Shown in pieces: positions 1 through 13,191 of a stretch of DNA of 64,000 nt (within the stretch, counting starts at the first letter, position 1; every line of letters starts with the position of its first letter). The notes below the pieces were generated by a model. It made no database searches. It had not been told where the DNA came from and saw only the letters and a list, made by a program, of their open reading frames with translations. This stretch comes from Octopus vulgaris (taxonomy: Eukaryota). The DNA lies in contig OX597816.1 in NCBI GenBank assembly GCA_951406725.2, forward strand, positions 98,332,001 through 98,396,000, given 5' to 3'. Made by a program: the position numbers and the translations under genes.

Positions 1-1353
1 AGAGAGATTTATAATGAAATTATTGACAGCGTTAGATTGAACCAAGGAAAGCTTTTCTTTTTGAATGCTCCAGGTGGTACTGGTAAAACTTTCGTTATCA
101 ATTTGATTCTCGCAAAGCTGCGCGCTGAACGTCGATTTGCCATTGCATGTGCCTCAAGTGGTATTGCAGCGACACTGCTTCAAGGCGGCCGTACGGCACA
201 TAGTGCATTCAAATTGCCCATGGACATTGGAAAGAAAGATAATCCTATATGTAATATAGATCGTAGTTCCTCAAGAGCAAGACTTCTTCGTGAATGCAGT
301 CTTTTTATTTGGGATGAGGCTACAATGACTAATAAGGCCATGTTTGAGGCTCTTGACAGAACTCTCCAAGATTTGCGTCAAAATACAAAAATAATGGGTG
401 GAGCTACGTTTCTCATGGCAGGAGATTTTCGACAAACTCTTCCTGTTGTCCGAGCAGGCACTAGAGCTGATGAGGTTAATGCATGTATAAAGCATTCTTT
501 TGTGTGGCACAGTGTTATCAGTCGCCATCTTCAAACAAACATGAGAGTCCACCTACATGGTGATGTGGAGTCTGAGGCTTTCGCAAAACACCTATTAGAT
601 CTTGGTGATGGAGTTTTGCCTTTCGTTGATGATGAGCATATTCGGTTGCCTTTTGGGAATTTCGTTCCAAATGTAGAAGAACTTATAAGAGCCGTTTTAC
701 CTGACGTCGAAACCAACTTCCAGGATCTCGATTGGCTAAGAGCAAGAGCTATTCTATCGCCTCATAATACAACAGCTCATGCTACAAATAAACAAGTACT
801 TGATATGAATCCTGGTGAGATAGTTTCTTTCATGTCCATCGATACAAATAAATATGAGAATGATGCTGTCAAATATCCACCCGAGCTACTCAACAAGCTA
901 ACACCTCCGGGACTTCCACCTCATCATTTGTGTTTGAAAGTTGGTGCTCCAATCATGGTGCTCAGAAATATGGAAACGCCTGAAATATGCAATGGAACCC
1001 GAATGGTTATTAGGAGGATTCAAAGCCATGTTATAACTGCTGAAATTTTGAGTGGACCATTTGTAGGAACAATCAAAATGATACATAAAATGAGTATTTC
1101 ACCCTCTGATGTTCCCATTCAGTTTAAACGCTTTCAATTTCCAATAAAACTATGCTTCGCGATGACAATCAACAAGTCACAGGGACAATCACTGGACATT
1201 GTAGGCATTAACCTGTCACAACCGGTTTTCAGTCATGGTCAATTGTACGTAGCCTGTTCTCGAGTTGGAAATCCACATAAACTCTTCATTCTTGGCAATC
1301 ATGAGCGCACAAGGAACGTGGTTTATCAGGAGGCTCTGACAAAAGAAAACTGA
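1..1353 (+). CDS. Helitron RepHel protein, C-terminal Pif1-like SF1 helicase domain (5'-partial; frame open from base 1)
   Basis: Walker A APGGTGKT, motifs ASSGIAATLL-GGRTAHS, IWDEA, GDFRQTLPV, NMRV, LKVGAP-M-LRN, CNGTR, QFP-KLCFAMTINKSQGQSL, FSHGQLYVACSRV, and terminal TRNVVYQEAL typical of Helitron helicases. Confidence 0.95.
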   Translation, partial: REIYNEIIDSVRLNQGKLFFLNAPGGTGKTFVINLILAKLRAERRFAIACASSGIAATLLQGGRTAHSAFKLPMDIGKKDNPICNIDRSSSRARLLRECSLFIWDEATMTNKAMFEALDRTLQDLRQNTKIMGGATFLMAGDFRQTLPVVRAGTRADEVNACIKHSFVWHSVISRHLQTNMRVHLHGDVESEAFAKHLLDLGDGVLPFVDDEHIRLPFGNFVPNVEELIRAVLPDVETNFQDLDWLRARAILSPHNTTAHATNKQVLDMNPGEIVSFMSIDTNKYENDAVKYPPELLNKLTPPGLPPHHLCLKVGAPIMVLRNMETPEICNGTRMVIRRIQSHVITAEILSGPFVGTIKMIHKMSISPSDVPIQFKRFQFPIKLCFAMTINKSQGQSLDIVGINLSQPVFSHGQLYVACSRVGNPHKLFILGNHERTRNVVYQEALTKEN

Positions 1354-2234
1354 TTGTAAGTCATGAAATTTTGCTTGATTTTTTATTTTGTACCTCTTCA
1401 TTGTCTCTTCATTCTTGAAAATAAAGACATTAAAAAGAACATGGTTCATAAAGAACATTGGGTTCAGATGTTTGCAAACATTTGATCCAACTCATTCTCT
1501 TTATTCCTCATTTTCCGATTCCTTCTACGTCTCCATTAAACGGTTTTGTCAAGTTATTGTTTCTTCGCTAACATAAGACATTCATAAAGTGAATGAGTTG
1601 TTAATTACATTTTATACACTATTCCATTGTTTAGGTGGTGTCGAAAGGACTGACATGTGTCACCATATAAACTCTCTCAGTCAAACTCCCAACTCATGAG
1701 TTCACATCGTGATACTCTTTCTACAAAACTGAGCTGGGTGTGAATTCTAATTTCATTCACTATAACAGATTTTTTAATTTTTGAAACAAACACATTGCAT
1801 CTTTCGTTTTAAAACAATAAAACAATACTACCTAAATACATTGGTCCAACAAACAAAACATCCAACACTCTCATTCTTTTATGTATCTGTCTTCCTCCAT
1901 CACTCACTCACTTTTCTCCCTTCCTTTCACTTTCTATCTATAACGTCGTTTCACAGCGTCTACCTCCCTTACATTCACTTTCTCTTTATAACGTCGTTTC
2001 ACAGCGTCCGTTATCTCCCTCCCTGCCTACCACAGCGCTTTCACACACTCTCACTCTCCACGTCTGTCTGCATTCATAGAGAGAATTATCATCGCCACAA
2101 CCACCACACAATCATGACAACAAATATTATGAATCAGATATTTATTGGGTTAATTTATATATGTGTTTGTGTATCTATATATAAATATGTATATATAATA
2201 ATCTTTATATATACAAAGTGCATATATCTGTATT

Positions 2235-2272
<38 letters not shown>

Positions 2273-2334
2273 GTATACATTTATATATATATACCACACT
2301 CTTAACCGCGCGTAGAGCGGGTCACCTTCAGCTA

Positions 2335-2335
<1 letters not shown>
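1..2335 (+). mobile_element. Autonomous Helitron, 3' portion
   Basis: Helicase ORF followed about 1 kb later by a GC hairpin CCGC-GCGTAGA-GCGG (2306-2320) and CTAG (2332-2335) followed by T, the canonical Helitron 3' end. Confidence 0.9.
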
Positions 2336-2384
<49 letters not shown>

Positions 2385-2961
2385 ACAAACTGAGGAAAAG
2401 AAATATTTCAAAGGGGTGTATTAAACATCCGGTTCACTGGTACTTCAGTTGGATACCATATAAATATTGGTCTACATTCATGTATATATGTACATGCATG
2501 CATATAATGGTAGCAATATACTTATAGTAAAATAAACATGAATATAAAATTTTTAAAGCAAGCGTACAAATTTTGAAACGAATGACTCAACAGAAACTTA
2601 CTCGTGATTTTTACACTGTCATACTTATTCTGACTACCTAAGTTATATATTCATACTCGTTTAATTCCTTCCAAAGAGACCAGGGTTTGCAAAATGATTC
2701 TGATACTTGAATCATATTGAAAAATGTTGAGATCACAGCTTGAAACATAACATATCTCAGAATGTTTTATTACGTTGGTAAACCTTTTGAACAGAGAAGA
2801 TTCCAAAGTTTATCGTGCAAGTTACATTGCTTTCCACATGGCAGGCTTACTATCACCGTACCAATGCAGTCCTTCGAAATTCTCAGAAATTTCTTTATCC
2901 ATTTTAGAAATGTTAATCCTTACCAGAAGCTTTCAGAATAATTTTTCCATCGTCTTAGCTT

Positions 2962-3373
2962 AACGACCCTCATCGTTTGTTTTTACTGTTTTGTTCTCAC
3001 TGTCCTGTTCTTGTTACCACTTTCACCCTCCGCAAAAAATCCCAAATATTACTTAATTTGCTTTGCAGGAAGGATTGTTTCAACGAAGTCGCGTCTTGTC
3101 CTTACCTTCGAGACGCGGAGTAATTGAAACAGGGACAACTGAAGAAGGGGAATATTCCTTATGTTGTATGTCTCCTTTCTCTGTTTTTTTCGTTGTTCGA
3201 AAAAAATTTCGTTTTTGTTTTCGCTTGTCATTGTGTTCAAAGTTTTTTATGTCCTGTACCCATTTATGCATGTATATATACATATATATGTGGGTATGTA
3301 CATATATGGATGTATATATGCATATATTTATATATTATTTATATTATTATATGATCGAACGCCACGCTTCTTT

Positions 3374-3375
<2 letters not shown>
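2962..3375 (+). repeat. Dispersed repeat; the first ~225 bp are nearly identical to 4252-4475 and related to the reverse strand of the 889-bp unit
   Basis: Direct sequence match (aacgaccctcatcg...tctcctttctctg) in both places; shares gcaggaagga...ttcga-acg..gagta..tgaaac...actgaagaagggga with the minus strand of 8889-8989. Confidence 0.8.
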
Positions 3376-3457
<82 letters not shown>

Positions 3458-3460
3458 CAA

Positions 3461-3557
<97 letters not shown>

Positions 3558-3603
3558 TATATACTTTACTTTATTTAAAAGCAGCAAACAATTCAACAAA
3601 ACT

Positions 3604-3639
3604 TGTTATTCTGAGTTTCACGTTCCCTTTCGTCGGACA
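3604..3639 (-). ncRNA. Degenerate type I hammerhead ribozyme motif, CCGACGA core
   Basis: Minus strand tgt-CCGACGA-aagggaacgt-GAAA-ctcagaa-TA-aca; stem I pairs, stems II and III are imperfect. Confidence 0.45.
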
Positions 3640-3754
3640 GATTTTTGCTAGCTTTTTGTTGAATTTTCTGCTGCTTTTAAATAAAGCATATTACTCTACC
3701 CCTAGTATATGAGTACTCTTTTTCCACCTTGTTTCACATTTATGTGTTTACTCC

Positions 3755-3798
<44 letters not shown>

Positions 3799-4196
3799 GA
3801 GAGAGAGAGAGAGAGATACATACATACATACATACATAAATAGATAGATAGATTGATATAGATTTAGATATGCAGCGAGAGAGAGAGAAAGAAAGAGAGA
3901 GAGGGACACACATATACCTATGAGTCTGTGTCTTCCTGTCTATGCTTGTCTCCTCATCACCGCGTGACAACCGGTGTTGTCATCCTCAGGTCCCAGTAAC
4001 CAAGCAATAGAAGAAGTACTAGGAGAAAAGATCCTGGGGTCGATTTGTTTCACTAAAACCCTTTAAGGTGGTGCTCCAACAAGGTGGCAGTCAAATGACT
4101 AGAACAAGTAAAAGATCAAAAGAAAATATATATGAAATTACATGCTTATGTGTGTATAAGCGTATGCATGTGTATGCGCTTGCTGCTTGCTGCTTG

Positions 4197-4244
<48 letters not shown>

Positions 4245-4251
4245 CGGATCT

Positions 4252-4475
4252 TTAACGACCCTCATCGTTTGTTTTTACTGTTTTGTTCTCACTGTCCTGT
4301 TCTTGTTACCACTTTCCCCCTCCGCAAAAAATCCCAAATATTACTTAATTTGCTTTGCAGGAAGGATTGTTTCAACGAAGTCGCGTCTTGTCCTTACCTT
4401 CGAGACGCGGAGTAATTGAAACAGGGACAACTGAAGAAGGGGAATATTCCTTATGTTGTATGTCTCCTTTCTCTG
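4252..4475 (+). repeat. Second copy of the 2962-3185 repeat, embedded in (TA)n
   Basis: Near-identical direct repeat. Confidence 0.85.
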
Positions 4476-4477
4476 TA

Positions 4478-4516
<39 letters not shown>

Positions 4517-5069
4517 AGATATATATATATATATAACTGGCGTGTTTATGTCGTGCTGATGTGTGTGTGTATATATGTGGGGGTATCTTTGTCTTAAGAT
4601 CCGTATAAATATAGGTGAGTATGTTATACTCTAGATTGATAATGTGTCTATTTATTTCCTCATCTTTAAATATATTCCGCACTAAATTTAACGTCTTGAG
4701 TCATCGTTTTTTTGTATTTTTATTTGCATATGCGTGTACGAACGGTTGTGTAAATGTGCTTGCAACATGTAATTTCTTAAACAATTACAGGATTAGCATC
4801 CATAAAATGCTCGTCTCTTGAAAACACAATTCCCTTTATAGCTCTGCGTCAAATTATCCCATTCCTTCTTATTTTTTCTTTTGTTTACTACACCCCATTT
4901 CAACCTCTTTCTTTTAATCTCTTTTATCACTGTATTCTCTCTTTTGTTTTTCTCTGTCATTTACTTTTCTCTCTATTTATATCATTCTCAACGTACTTAT
5001 ACACTATATTTCTACCAGTCAAAATTCAAGGATTTGAGCTGTTATTCTTTTTCTTTTACTCTTTTACTT

Positions 5070-5460
5070 GTTTCAGTCATATAATTGTGGCTATGCTGGA
5101 GAACCACCTTTTAGTCGAACAAATCGACCCCCAGGACTTATTGTTTTAATACTTATACTTAGTATAAGCCTAATATTTATACTATCGGTCTCTTCTTGCC
5201 AAACCGCTATGTTACGAGGATGTAAATACATGTCAAGCGATGGTGAGGGGAACAAACACTGTCACACAAGCATGCACACATACATATATACATATACATA
5301 TATAGGACGGGTTTATTTCACTTTCCATCTACCAAATGCCCTCACAAGGCTTTGGACGGACCGAGGCTATAGAAGAACACACTTGCCCAAGTCGCCACGA
5401 AGTGGAACTGAACTCGCAACTATCTGGTTGGTAAGCAAGCTACTTACTACTCAGTCATCA
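5070..5460 (-). mobile_element. Degenerate tRNA-derived SINE
   Basis: Minus strand begins with a tRNA-like head (tgactgagtagtaagtagcttgcttaccaacca...gagttcagttccac); body and tail resemble fragments at ~3960-4120 and ~26990-27095. Confidence 0.6.
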
Positions 5461-5598
5461 TTGCACCTATGTAACATATAATAAACTGCTTTGCTGACGA
5501 ACTGTTATTGTTTAGAAACTAATTGCACTAGCAACCTCTGCTACAGAGGATAAAAACTACCAGTCATAAAACGTACCAAGAAAACAGGTGATATAAGC

Positions 5599-6315
5599 TG
5601 TTTTTCTAATGCCAAATATGCCGAAAAATTGGACATATTGTCCATTAACCATATAATGTTTTTCTCAATACGCACGCTACTCGAAAACATTTTTTCCTTT
5701 GCCCTCATTTATGAATTGTTTATAAATTTAACCGTTAAAGGTATTTTTTAATATGCTGGCCATTGATAAGTTTTTTTCGAGAAAATATTTTTTTCGAAAA
5801 GAATTTTATCCTCACATTTGTTATAAATTTAAGCGTTCACTTCCGAACTAACTCAGTCTGTGAGTGCCTCAGTTCAAATCGCACGTGCCTCGAATGGGCT
5901 GGAGTATTTCTATTTTGGATGTATTTGGGGTACTTAGTTGTGCCCATGACTTAGTATTTGCTTCTTCCATGGGTATGAGTAAGTATCTCATTTATTTCTT
6001 TTGCCACATGTATCACTGACGAAGAGAGGGCTCTTAGTAGCTAACTCTGAAATCGGTCCGATATGGTAATAATGGAATTTTTTAGAAATTTCTGTCGACC
6101 TTTTTCGAGTAGCGTGCGTATTGTGAAAAAATTATATGGTTAATGGACAATATGTCCAATTTTTCGGCATATTTGGCATTAGAAAAACATTTTTTCCTTT
6201 GCCCTCATTTATGAATTGTTTATAAATTTAACCGTTAAAGGTATTTTTTAATATGCTGGGATAAGGTTTTTTTCGAGAAAATATTTTTTTTCGAAAAGAA
6301 TTTTATCCTCACATT

Positions 6316-6317
<2 letters not shown>
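5599..6317 (+). repeat. 500-bp unit repeated ~1.3 times with a 5' inverted segment (pLTR/retrozyme-like)
   Basis: 5688-5820 repeats at 6188-6317 (period 500); 5599-5687 is the reverse complement of 6102-6189; ends in (TA)n. Confidence 0.85.
6011..6063 (+). ncRNA. Type I hammerhead ribozyme motif
   Basis: tatca-CTGACGA-agag...ctct-GAAA-tcgg-TC-cgata; core intact, stem II AGAG/CTCT, short near-palindromic stem III, GUC site, one mismatch in stem I. Confidence 0.65.
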
Positions 6318-6367
<50 letters not shown>

Positions 6368-6374
<7 letters not shown>

Positions 6375-7868
6375 CCAATCCTCAAACATGTCAAAAGCTA
6401 TATAAGGGACGACTTAGATATGCTCAATCACCTACCGAATACTATAAACAAAAACACCATACTGGTATCCTTCGATGTAGTCAACCTCTACTCCAATATC
6501 CCCCACAACCTAGGACTAGAGGCAATCCAATTCTGGCTAGAGAATCACGCCAACGAACTACCACACCGCATCAAAAAAGAATTTGTGATAGAAGGGGTTA
6601 AATTCATCCTGGAAAATAACTTCTTCGCCTTCAATGACAACTTCTACCGACAAAAATCGGGGACTGCGATGGATACACGAATGGTCCCCTCCTTTGCCAA
6701 CCTAGTCATAGGATACCTAGAGATCAGTCTGTATCGTAAGGTTCTAGAAAGATATGGCAGCCCTTTCTCCATCTACATAGAAAACAACTGGAAGAGATAT
6801 CTAGATGACTGTTTCATCCTTTGGCATAAAAATATAGAAAAACTCATAGAATTCCAGAAAATTTTAAACGGACTGGACGTAAACATCCAATTCACGATGG
6901 AATATAGCCAACAACAACTCCCCTTCCTCGATATCCTCATTAAGAAAGCTAATAATATAATAGAAACAGACATATACTATAAGCCTACAGACTCTAAGCA
7001 ATATCTTCCATTCAATTCATGCCACCCCAGACACACCAGGATGAATATCCCCTTCAATCTAGCAAAAAGGATATGCACTATAGTCTCTAACGCAAACACC
7101 AGAGACACACGACTACAAGAACTAAAAGATACCCTAATCACCAGGAACTATCCACCTTCGCTTATTGACAAGTGCATTCAACGTGCCCTTCAACTTAACA
7201 TCAAGGAACTGAGACATCCCAAATCAAAGAAAAACTTACAACCAAAAGCCTTACCATACATCTCCACACACAACCCTCTCAATAACGAAGCCTTCGACAC
7301 CATCCTCCACAACATACCCCTCCTAAAATAATACCACAGAATGAACACAATCCTCCAAACACACACGATCATAAAAAGCAAAAGACAGCCTAGATCCATG
7401 AAAAGTCTCCTTACACAAGCCCGAATTCACTCTTCAACACAGAAGCCGACAGTAAAAAAATGTGGAAGACCCAATTGCGGGATATGCGACTATCTAATCG
7501 AGGGTTCTGAGTTCTCCTTCAAACAGGGACAACGGTTTACAGTGAAAAGCAACTTCACATGTGCTTCGGAGAACCTAATATACTCACTAACCTGCTCCGG
7601 GTGTCAAGAGCAGTACATAGGCCAAACAAAAAATGGTTTGCGTAAACGAATGGCCCTGCACAGATCCCAGATAAAAATTCCCCAAAACAGAAAAATAGCT
7701 TTTAGCCAACACATAGATACTTGCGCCAACAAAAAAACACCAAACTTCAGAATTTTCCCCCTCTACCAATTTAGGGACGATACAACCTCGAGACAAAGAA
7801 TAAGTAAAGAAAATCTCTTTATTACAAAATACAAGCCACTTCTTAACGGGTCTACGACAAACAATTAA
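6368..7868 (+). pseudogene. Penelope-like element ORF (reverse transcriptase + GIY-YIG endonuclease), 5'-truncated, one in-frame stop at 7329-7331
   Basis: RT motifs SFDVVNLYSNIP, QKSGTAM, WKRYLDDCF, LPFLDI, YYKPTDS..YL...SCHP; Cys linker CGRPNCGIC; GIY-YIG LIYSLTC..C...YIGQT...R...H. ORFs 6315-7331 and 7341-7868 share a frame. Confidence 0.93.
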
Positions 7869-7995
7869 TATACCTCAACTTTAGAATAAAAGAAAAATAT
7901 ATATATACACACACAAATACTACACTCCATAGAATCCATTACTAATCAGCCCCTTCATAGCTATATTTACACCCATTCATATTCTCCCTTCTCTG

Positions 7996-8250
7996 TTTTT
8001 TTCTTCTTCTTCTTCTTCCTCTTCTTCTTCATCATCATCGTTATCATCATCATCGGCGTCATCATCATCGCCCCCATCATCACCACCATCTTCTCCTTCT
8101 CCTCCTTCTTCTTCTTCTTCTTCTTCATCATCATCATCGTTATCATCATCATCGTCGTCATAATCATCACCACCATCACCATCATCTTCTCCTTCTCCTT
8201 CTCCTTCTTCTTCTTCTTCTTCTTCTTCTTCTTCTTCTTCTTCTTCTCCA
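7996..8250. repeat. Compound (TTC)n/(ATC)n microsatellite in the 3' region of the Penelope-like element
   Basis: Directly visible. Confidence 0.95.
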
Positions 8251-8377
8251 CCCCCTACCCCTTAAGTTTGTCACTAATGTTTTTTAGTATAACACCTACG
8301 CTAATTCTATAAACAAGCCTGTCAATATAAATATTCTCCTGAATTGAACTGAGACTGCCAGCCGCCACTGACCATTC

Positions 8378-8477
8378 NNNNNNNNNNNNNNNNNNNNNNN
8401 NNNNNNNNNNNNNNNNNNNNNNNNNNNNNNNNNNNNNNNNNNNNNNNNNNNNNNNNNNNNNNNNNNNNNNNNNNNNN
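8378..8477. other. Assembly gap (100 N)
   Basis: Run of N. Confidence 1.
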
Positions 8478-8644
8478 TAGCTGCCGGTCAAGTAGTGTGG
8501 AGCGACTGACCTCCCTTGTTCGAAGGTTATATGGATACAGTTTGTGTATCAAATAGCTAACTTAAGTCGATGGCCTCATGGAGCTAATAAGCGGACAGCT
8601 TTATTCTTATTTTTATAAGAATGCCATATTAGTATGGCGATAAC

Positions 8645-8683
<39 letters not shown>

Positions 8684-8689
<6 letters not shown>

Positions 8690-10747
8690 AATAAAATAGA
8701 ACATATGCATATATATAAACATATATGTACGTACCTACCTCTACATGTACATATACACGCATATATGTGTACAGGACACCAAAAAGACGTCGAACACATA
8801 GAGAGACGAAAAACATAGACACAAACCAAGGAACAGGACAAGCAAAAAAGAAAAAGAGAGAGATACAGGACAATAAGCACAACGAAAAATCCCCTTCTTC
8901 AGTCGCTAAGGTTTCATCTACTCTACGTTTCGAACGATAAAAGCGAGACGTATACTTCGAAGAAACTTCCTTCCTGCGAAAAGCAAATCAATTAAAATTC
9001 TGAGATATTTTCGCAGAGGGGTAAAAAATGGTAAAAAAAGCAAGACGGTAACGACAGTACAAACATATAAACAGTAAAAAAAAAAAAAAAAAAAAATTAT
9101 ATATAAACAGTTGAAAAATAAATATATAACAGTGAGAGACAGGACAAGGAGAACAAGATAAGAAGGGCTGTTTACGCCAGACGAAAAAAGTAATGCAAAC
9201 GCTGGATTATAGTGGACGACGAGAGAGAAAGAATGTCGACCAGTGGCCTTAGAAGGCGGGCGAGAAAAGACAGGATAGCAGTTACGACGGAAGTATCGTC
9301 GCAGATGGACGACGGGAATGGGGGAGGAGGAGCAAGAGGAAGAGAGAGAAGAAGGGGAATGGTGCGAGGAGACCATGAAGAATGGTGAGGGGGAGAGAGA
9401 GAATGAAGAATGAGAGAGAGAGGAAGAGACAAGTTAAGTGAGGGAAAAAGGACGAAAAAGGGAATGGGAGAGAAAGAAAGAAAGATGCAGAGTCGCGTGA
9501 GAGTTAATATCAAGGCTAACTTGATAAACAGAACAATCTTACTTAATAGGGTGCGTGCGTTTAGTCGTATAATATGTTAATAAAATAGAACATATGCATA
9601 TATATAAACATATATGTACGTACCTACCTCTACATGTACATATACACGCATATATGTGTACAGGACACCAAAAAGACGTCGAACACATAGAGAGACGAAA
9701 AACATAGACACAAACCAAGGAACAGGACAAGCAAAAAAGAAAAAAAGAGAGAGATACAGGACAATAAGCACAACGAAAAATCCCCTTCTTCAGTCGCTAA
9801 GGTTTCATCTACTCTACGTTTCGAACGATAAAAGCGAGACGTATACTTCGAAGAAACTTCCTTCCTGCGAAAAGCAAATCAATTAAAATTCTGAGATATT
9901 TTCGCAGAGGGGTAAAAAATGGTAAAAAAAGCAAGACGGTAACGACAGTACAAACATATAAACAGTAAAAAAAAAAAAAAAAAAATTATATATAAACAGT
10001 TGAAAAATAAATATATAACAGTGAGAGACAGGACAAGGAGAACAAGATAAGAAGGGCTGTTTACGCCAGACGAAAAAAGTAATGCAAACGCTGGATTATA
10101 GTGGACGACGAGAGAGAAAGAATGTCGACCAGTGGCCTTAGAAGGCGGGCGAGAAAAGACAGGATAGCAGTTACGACGGAAGTATCGTCGCAGATGGACG
10201 ACGGGAATGGGGGAGGAGGAGCAAGAGGAAGAGAGAGAAGAAGGGGAATGGTGCGAGGAGACCATGAAGAATGGTGAGGGGGAGAGAGAGAATGAAGAAT
10301 GAGAGAGAGAGGAAGAGACAAGTTAAGTGAGGGAAAAAGGACGAAAAAGGGAATGGGAGAGAAAGAAAGAAAGATGCAGAGTCGCGTGAGAGTTAATATC
10401 AAGGCTAACTTGATAAACAGAACAATCTTACTTAATAGGGTGCGTGCGTTTAGTCGTATAATATGTTAATAAAATAGAACATATGCATATATATAAACAT
10501 ATATGTACGTACCTACCTCTACATGTACATATACACGCATATATGTGTACAGGACACCAAAAGGACGTCGAACACATAGAGAGACGAAAAACATAGACAC
10601 AAACCAAGGAACAGGACAAGCAAAAAAGAAAAAAGAGAGAGATACAGGACAATAAGCACAACGAAAAATCCCCTTCTTCAGTCGCTAAGGTTTCATCTAC
10701 TCTACGTTTCGAAGGATAAAAGCGAGACGTATACTTCGAAGAAACTT

Positions 10748-10751
<4 letters not shown>
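8684..10751. repeat. Tandem array of an 889-bp unit (~2.3 copies) flanked by (TA)n
   Basis: Landmark gttaataaaatagaac at 8687, 9576 and 10465; copies nearly identical; no credible ORF. Confidence 0.95.
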
Positions 10752-10811
<60 letters not shown>

Positions 10812-11429
10812 TATGTATGACTATTTCTCATGCAAGATGTATTCAGACATACTTAGTGTTATTTTATGATATTTGTAAATGAAATCCTTTGTCAAAATGT
10901 TAATATTTTCTTTATACACAGTGGCGTTATACTAAGTGTCTTGTCATTTGTCATTAGGATACAGACTCTTTTTATGTACCAATTGTCTGTTTATAAGCAG
11001 ATTCAAGAATTATCGAAAACTGGGTTTCTGTAGAAATATGCATTATCGTTAATACATTAAACTCATCTCATTCGAATTATTATATATGCCCTCATTACTA
11101 TACTGTGTTGGTGTATTAACCTCTACGTATTATTTTAACGTATTAGAATAGACATTTTTACGATAACTGAAAATCACTAATTCTTAGTGTTTAATTTCAT
11201 TGAACCAATATGTATGTCACTAACATTTACATATCTAGAGAACTGATGAAAATGCTTATTTGTCTGTATTCAGTTTCTATATAGTTCTTTTTAAAATATG
11301 CTCTACAGGGTAATTAAAACCTACACATGTAACCAAAAAGGATTGCATCTAGATGGTCATTCGCAAAGCTATAAAAATGAAAACAAAAATATATGCTTAT
11401 TATAGAATGTTCCTGTAAAAAATTAGCAA

Positions 11430-11644
11430 TTATTTCTACACTAGGCACAAGGCCTTAAAATTTAGGAGAAGGGGCTGGTTGGTTACATCGACCCCAGTAT
11501 TAAACTGGTACTTATTTTATCGACCCCCACTTGATGAAAGGCAAATTTGACTTCGGCGGAATTCGAATTCAGAACATGAAGACGGATGAAATATCGCTAA
11601 GTATTTCACCCGGTGTGCTAAAGATTCTGCCAGCTCGTCGCCTT
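11430..11644 (-). mobile_element. SINE, family 'ggcg..gagctggcagaatc'
   Basis: Homologous copies at ~15030-15210(-), 24440-24660(-), 24689-24800(+) and 49880-49990(+); tRNA-like head with box-B-like ttcgaattcc. Confidence 0.75.
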
Positions 11645-12811
11645 CCTGTAAACAAATATGATAATGTACGAAGGTAGGTATATTTGTGAACAAATAAGTT
11701 TAATCGGGCAAGCATCCAAAGTACGAAACCTAAAGTATGAATCGGGTGTATTATTTTGATATACTATGGCGAAACTAGATGTCGGCAAATTCCAAGTAGG
11801 TATTTGAAGTTATTTTAGACGCTCTTTTCATACGATGGTGTTTAAAAGTCTGCCATACTCGTGTATATATTTTCAATCAAGATTACAACCAATTCACAAT
11901 GAATTCATCACTACGTAGAAGAGATAGAAACGCATCACATATCTTCACATTTACCCGTAACAGTTCGCAACCAGTAAGGTGAACTATAATTGGTATATGC
12001 AAGTATCTTTATGAATTGAAATAACACCTATTCGGTGTGTGAATATGATTCTAGACGTTTGTCGTGTGTAAAAAAATAAATATTTTCTTATAATTATTTT
12101 AGATACAAAATGAGAATATTTCAATATACTTTGAAGATGCCTAATGTGAATCATTTATGGAATTCATTTTCTAATAAAAATAAATAAATAAATAATAAAA
12201 CAAAAAGAGGAAGTTGAAAATAGGATTATTTAGAAGACACTTTAGCATGCTATCCTTACTCGAAACGTTATGCATTCACATTTTCATAAACAGTCTCCTA
12301 AATCATCATCCAATACGGGGGTTTCTTTCTTTCTTTCTTGCTTGCTTTCTTTCTTTCCTTCCTTCTTGCTTTCTTTCTTTATTTATTTCTTGCTTTCTTT
12401 CTTTTGCTTGTTTAAGACAATTCTATTAATCTTTTGGATATGGTCATTTCCTGCAGTTAAAGTGAAGAGGGGAAGCTTGCATTGGTGATTTCTGTCTCAC
12501 ACAATTGTCTGTTTTCTGATATTATAATGTATTTCCACACACTATTTAACGGTGTACGAGATTACAAAATAATCGTTTCACAGCACTGTTAACTCTTGTA
12601 TTGTAGTAGCAAATCTGCTAAAAGTATAGGTTTGAATATTGGATATATAGGGGGAGAAATAGGTAAATATATATAGATAGATATATACATACATATATAT
12701 ATATGTATACCGGAGTAAACACATAAATGTGAAACAAGGTGGAAAAAAGAGTACTCAAATACCATTGATAGAGTAACAGTTTTTGTTGAATTTTCTGCTG
12801 CTTTAAATAAA

Positions 12812-12865
<54 letters not shown>

Positions 12866-12901
12866 CAATTTATCCCCTCTCTCTCTATATATATGTGTGT
12901 G

Positions 12902-13010
<109 letters not shown>

Positions 13011-13191
13011 GTCAACAGCAGGCAGTTGACAATTAAACATACTACTGTCATGGCACTTCCCATATGAGTAAACAAGAGAGATAGAGACAGGCAGAAACAA
13101 GGGAAATACCTCTTTTATTTGAACACTATGCAAACATTCTGTTAAAAAAAATTATTTAAATTTTTCCAAAATTATATTATTTCCATACTTC

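Noticed and set aside
3063-3712. Many ORFs with [10 protein letters not shown] or THTH runs here and throughout the window
   Set aside because: Translations of dinucleotide microsatellites, not genes
5490-5535. ttg-CTGACGA...GAAA-cta...tag-caa HHR-like string
   Set aside because: Lacks the UH cleavage dinucleotide and a convincing stem II
7967-8251. Lys/Met-rich ORF
   Set aside because: Trinucleotide microsatellite translation
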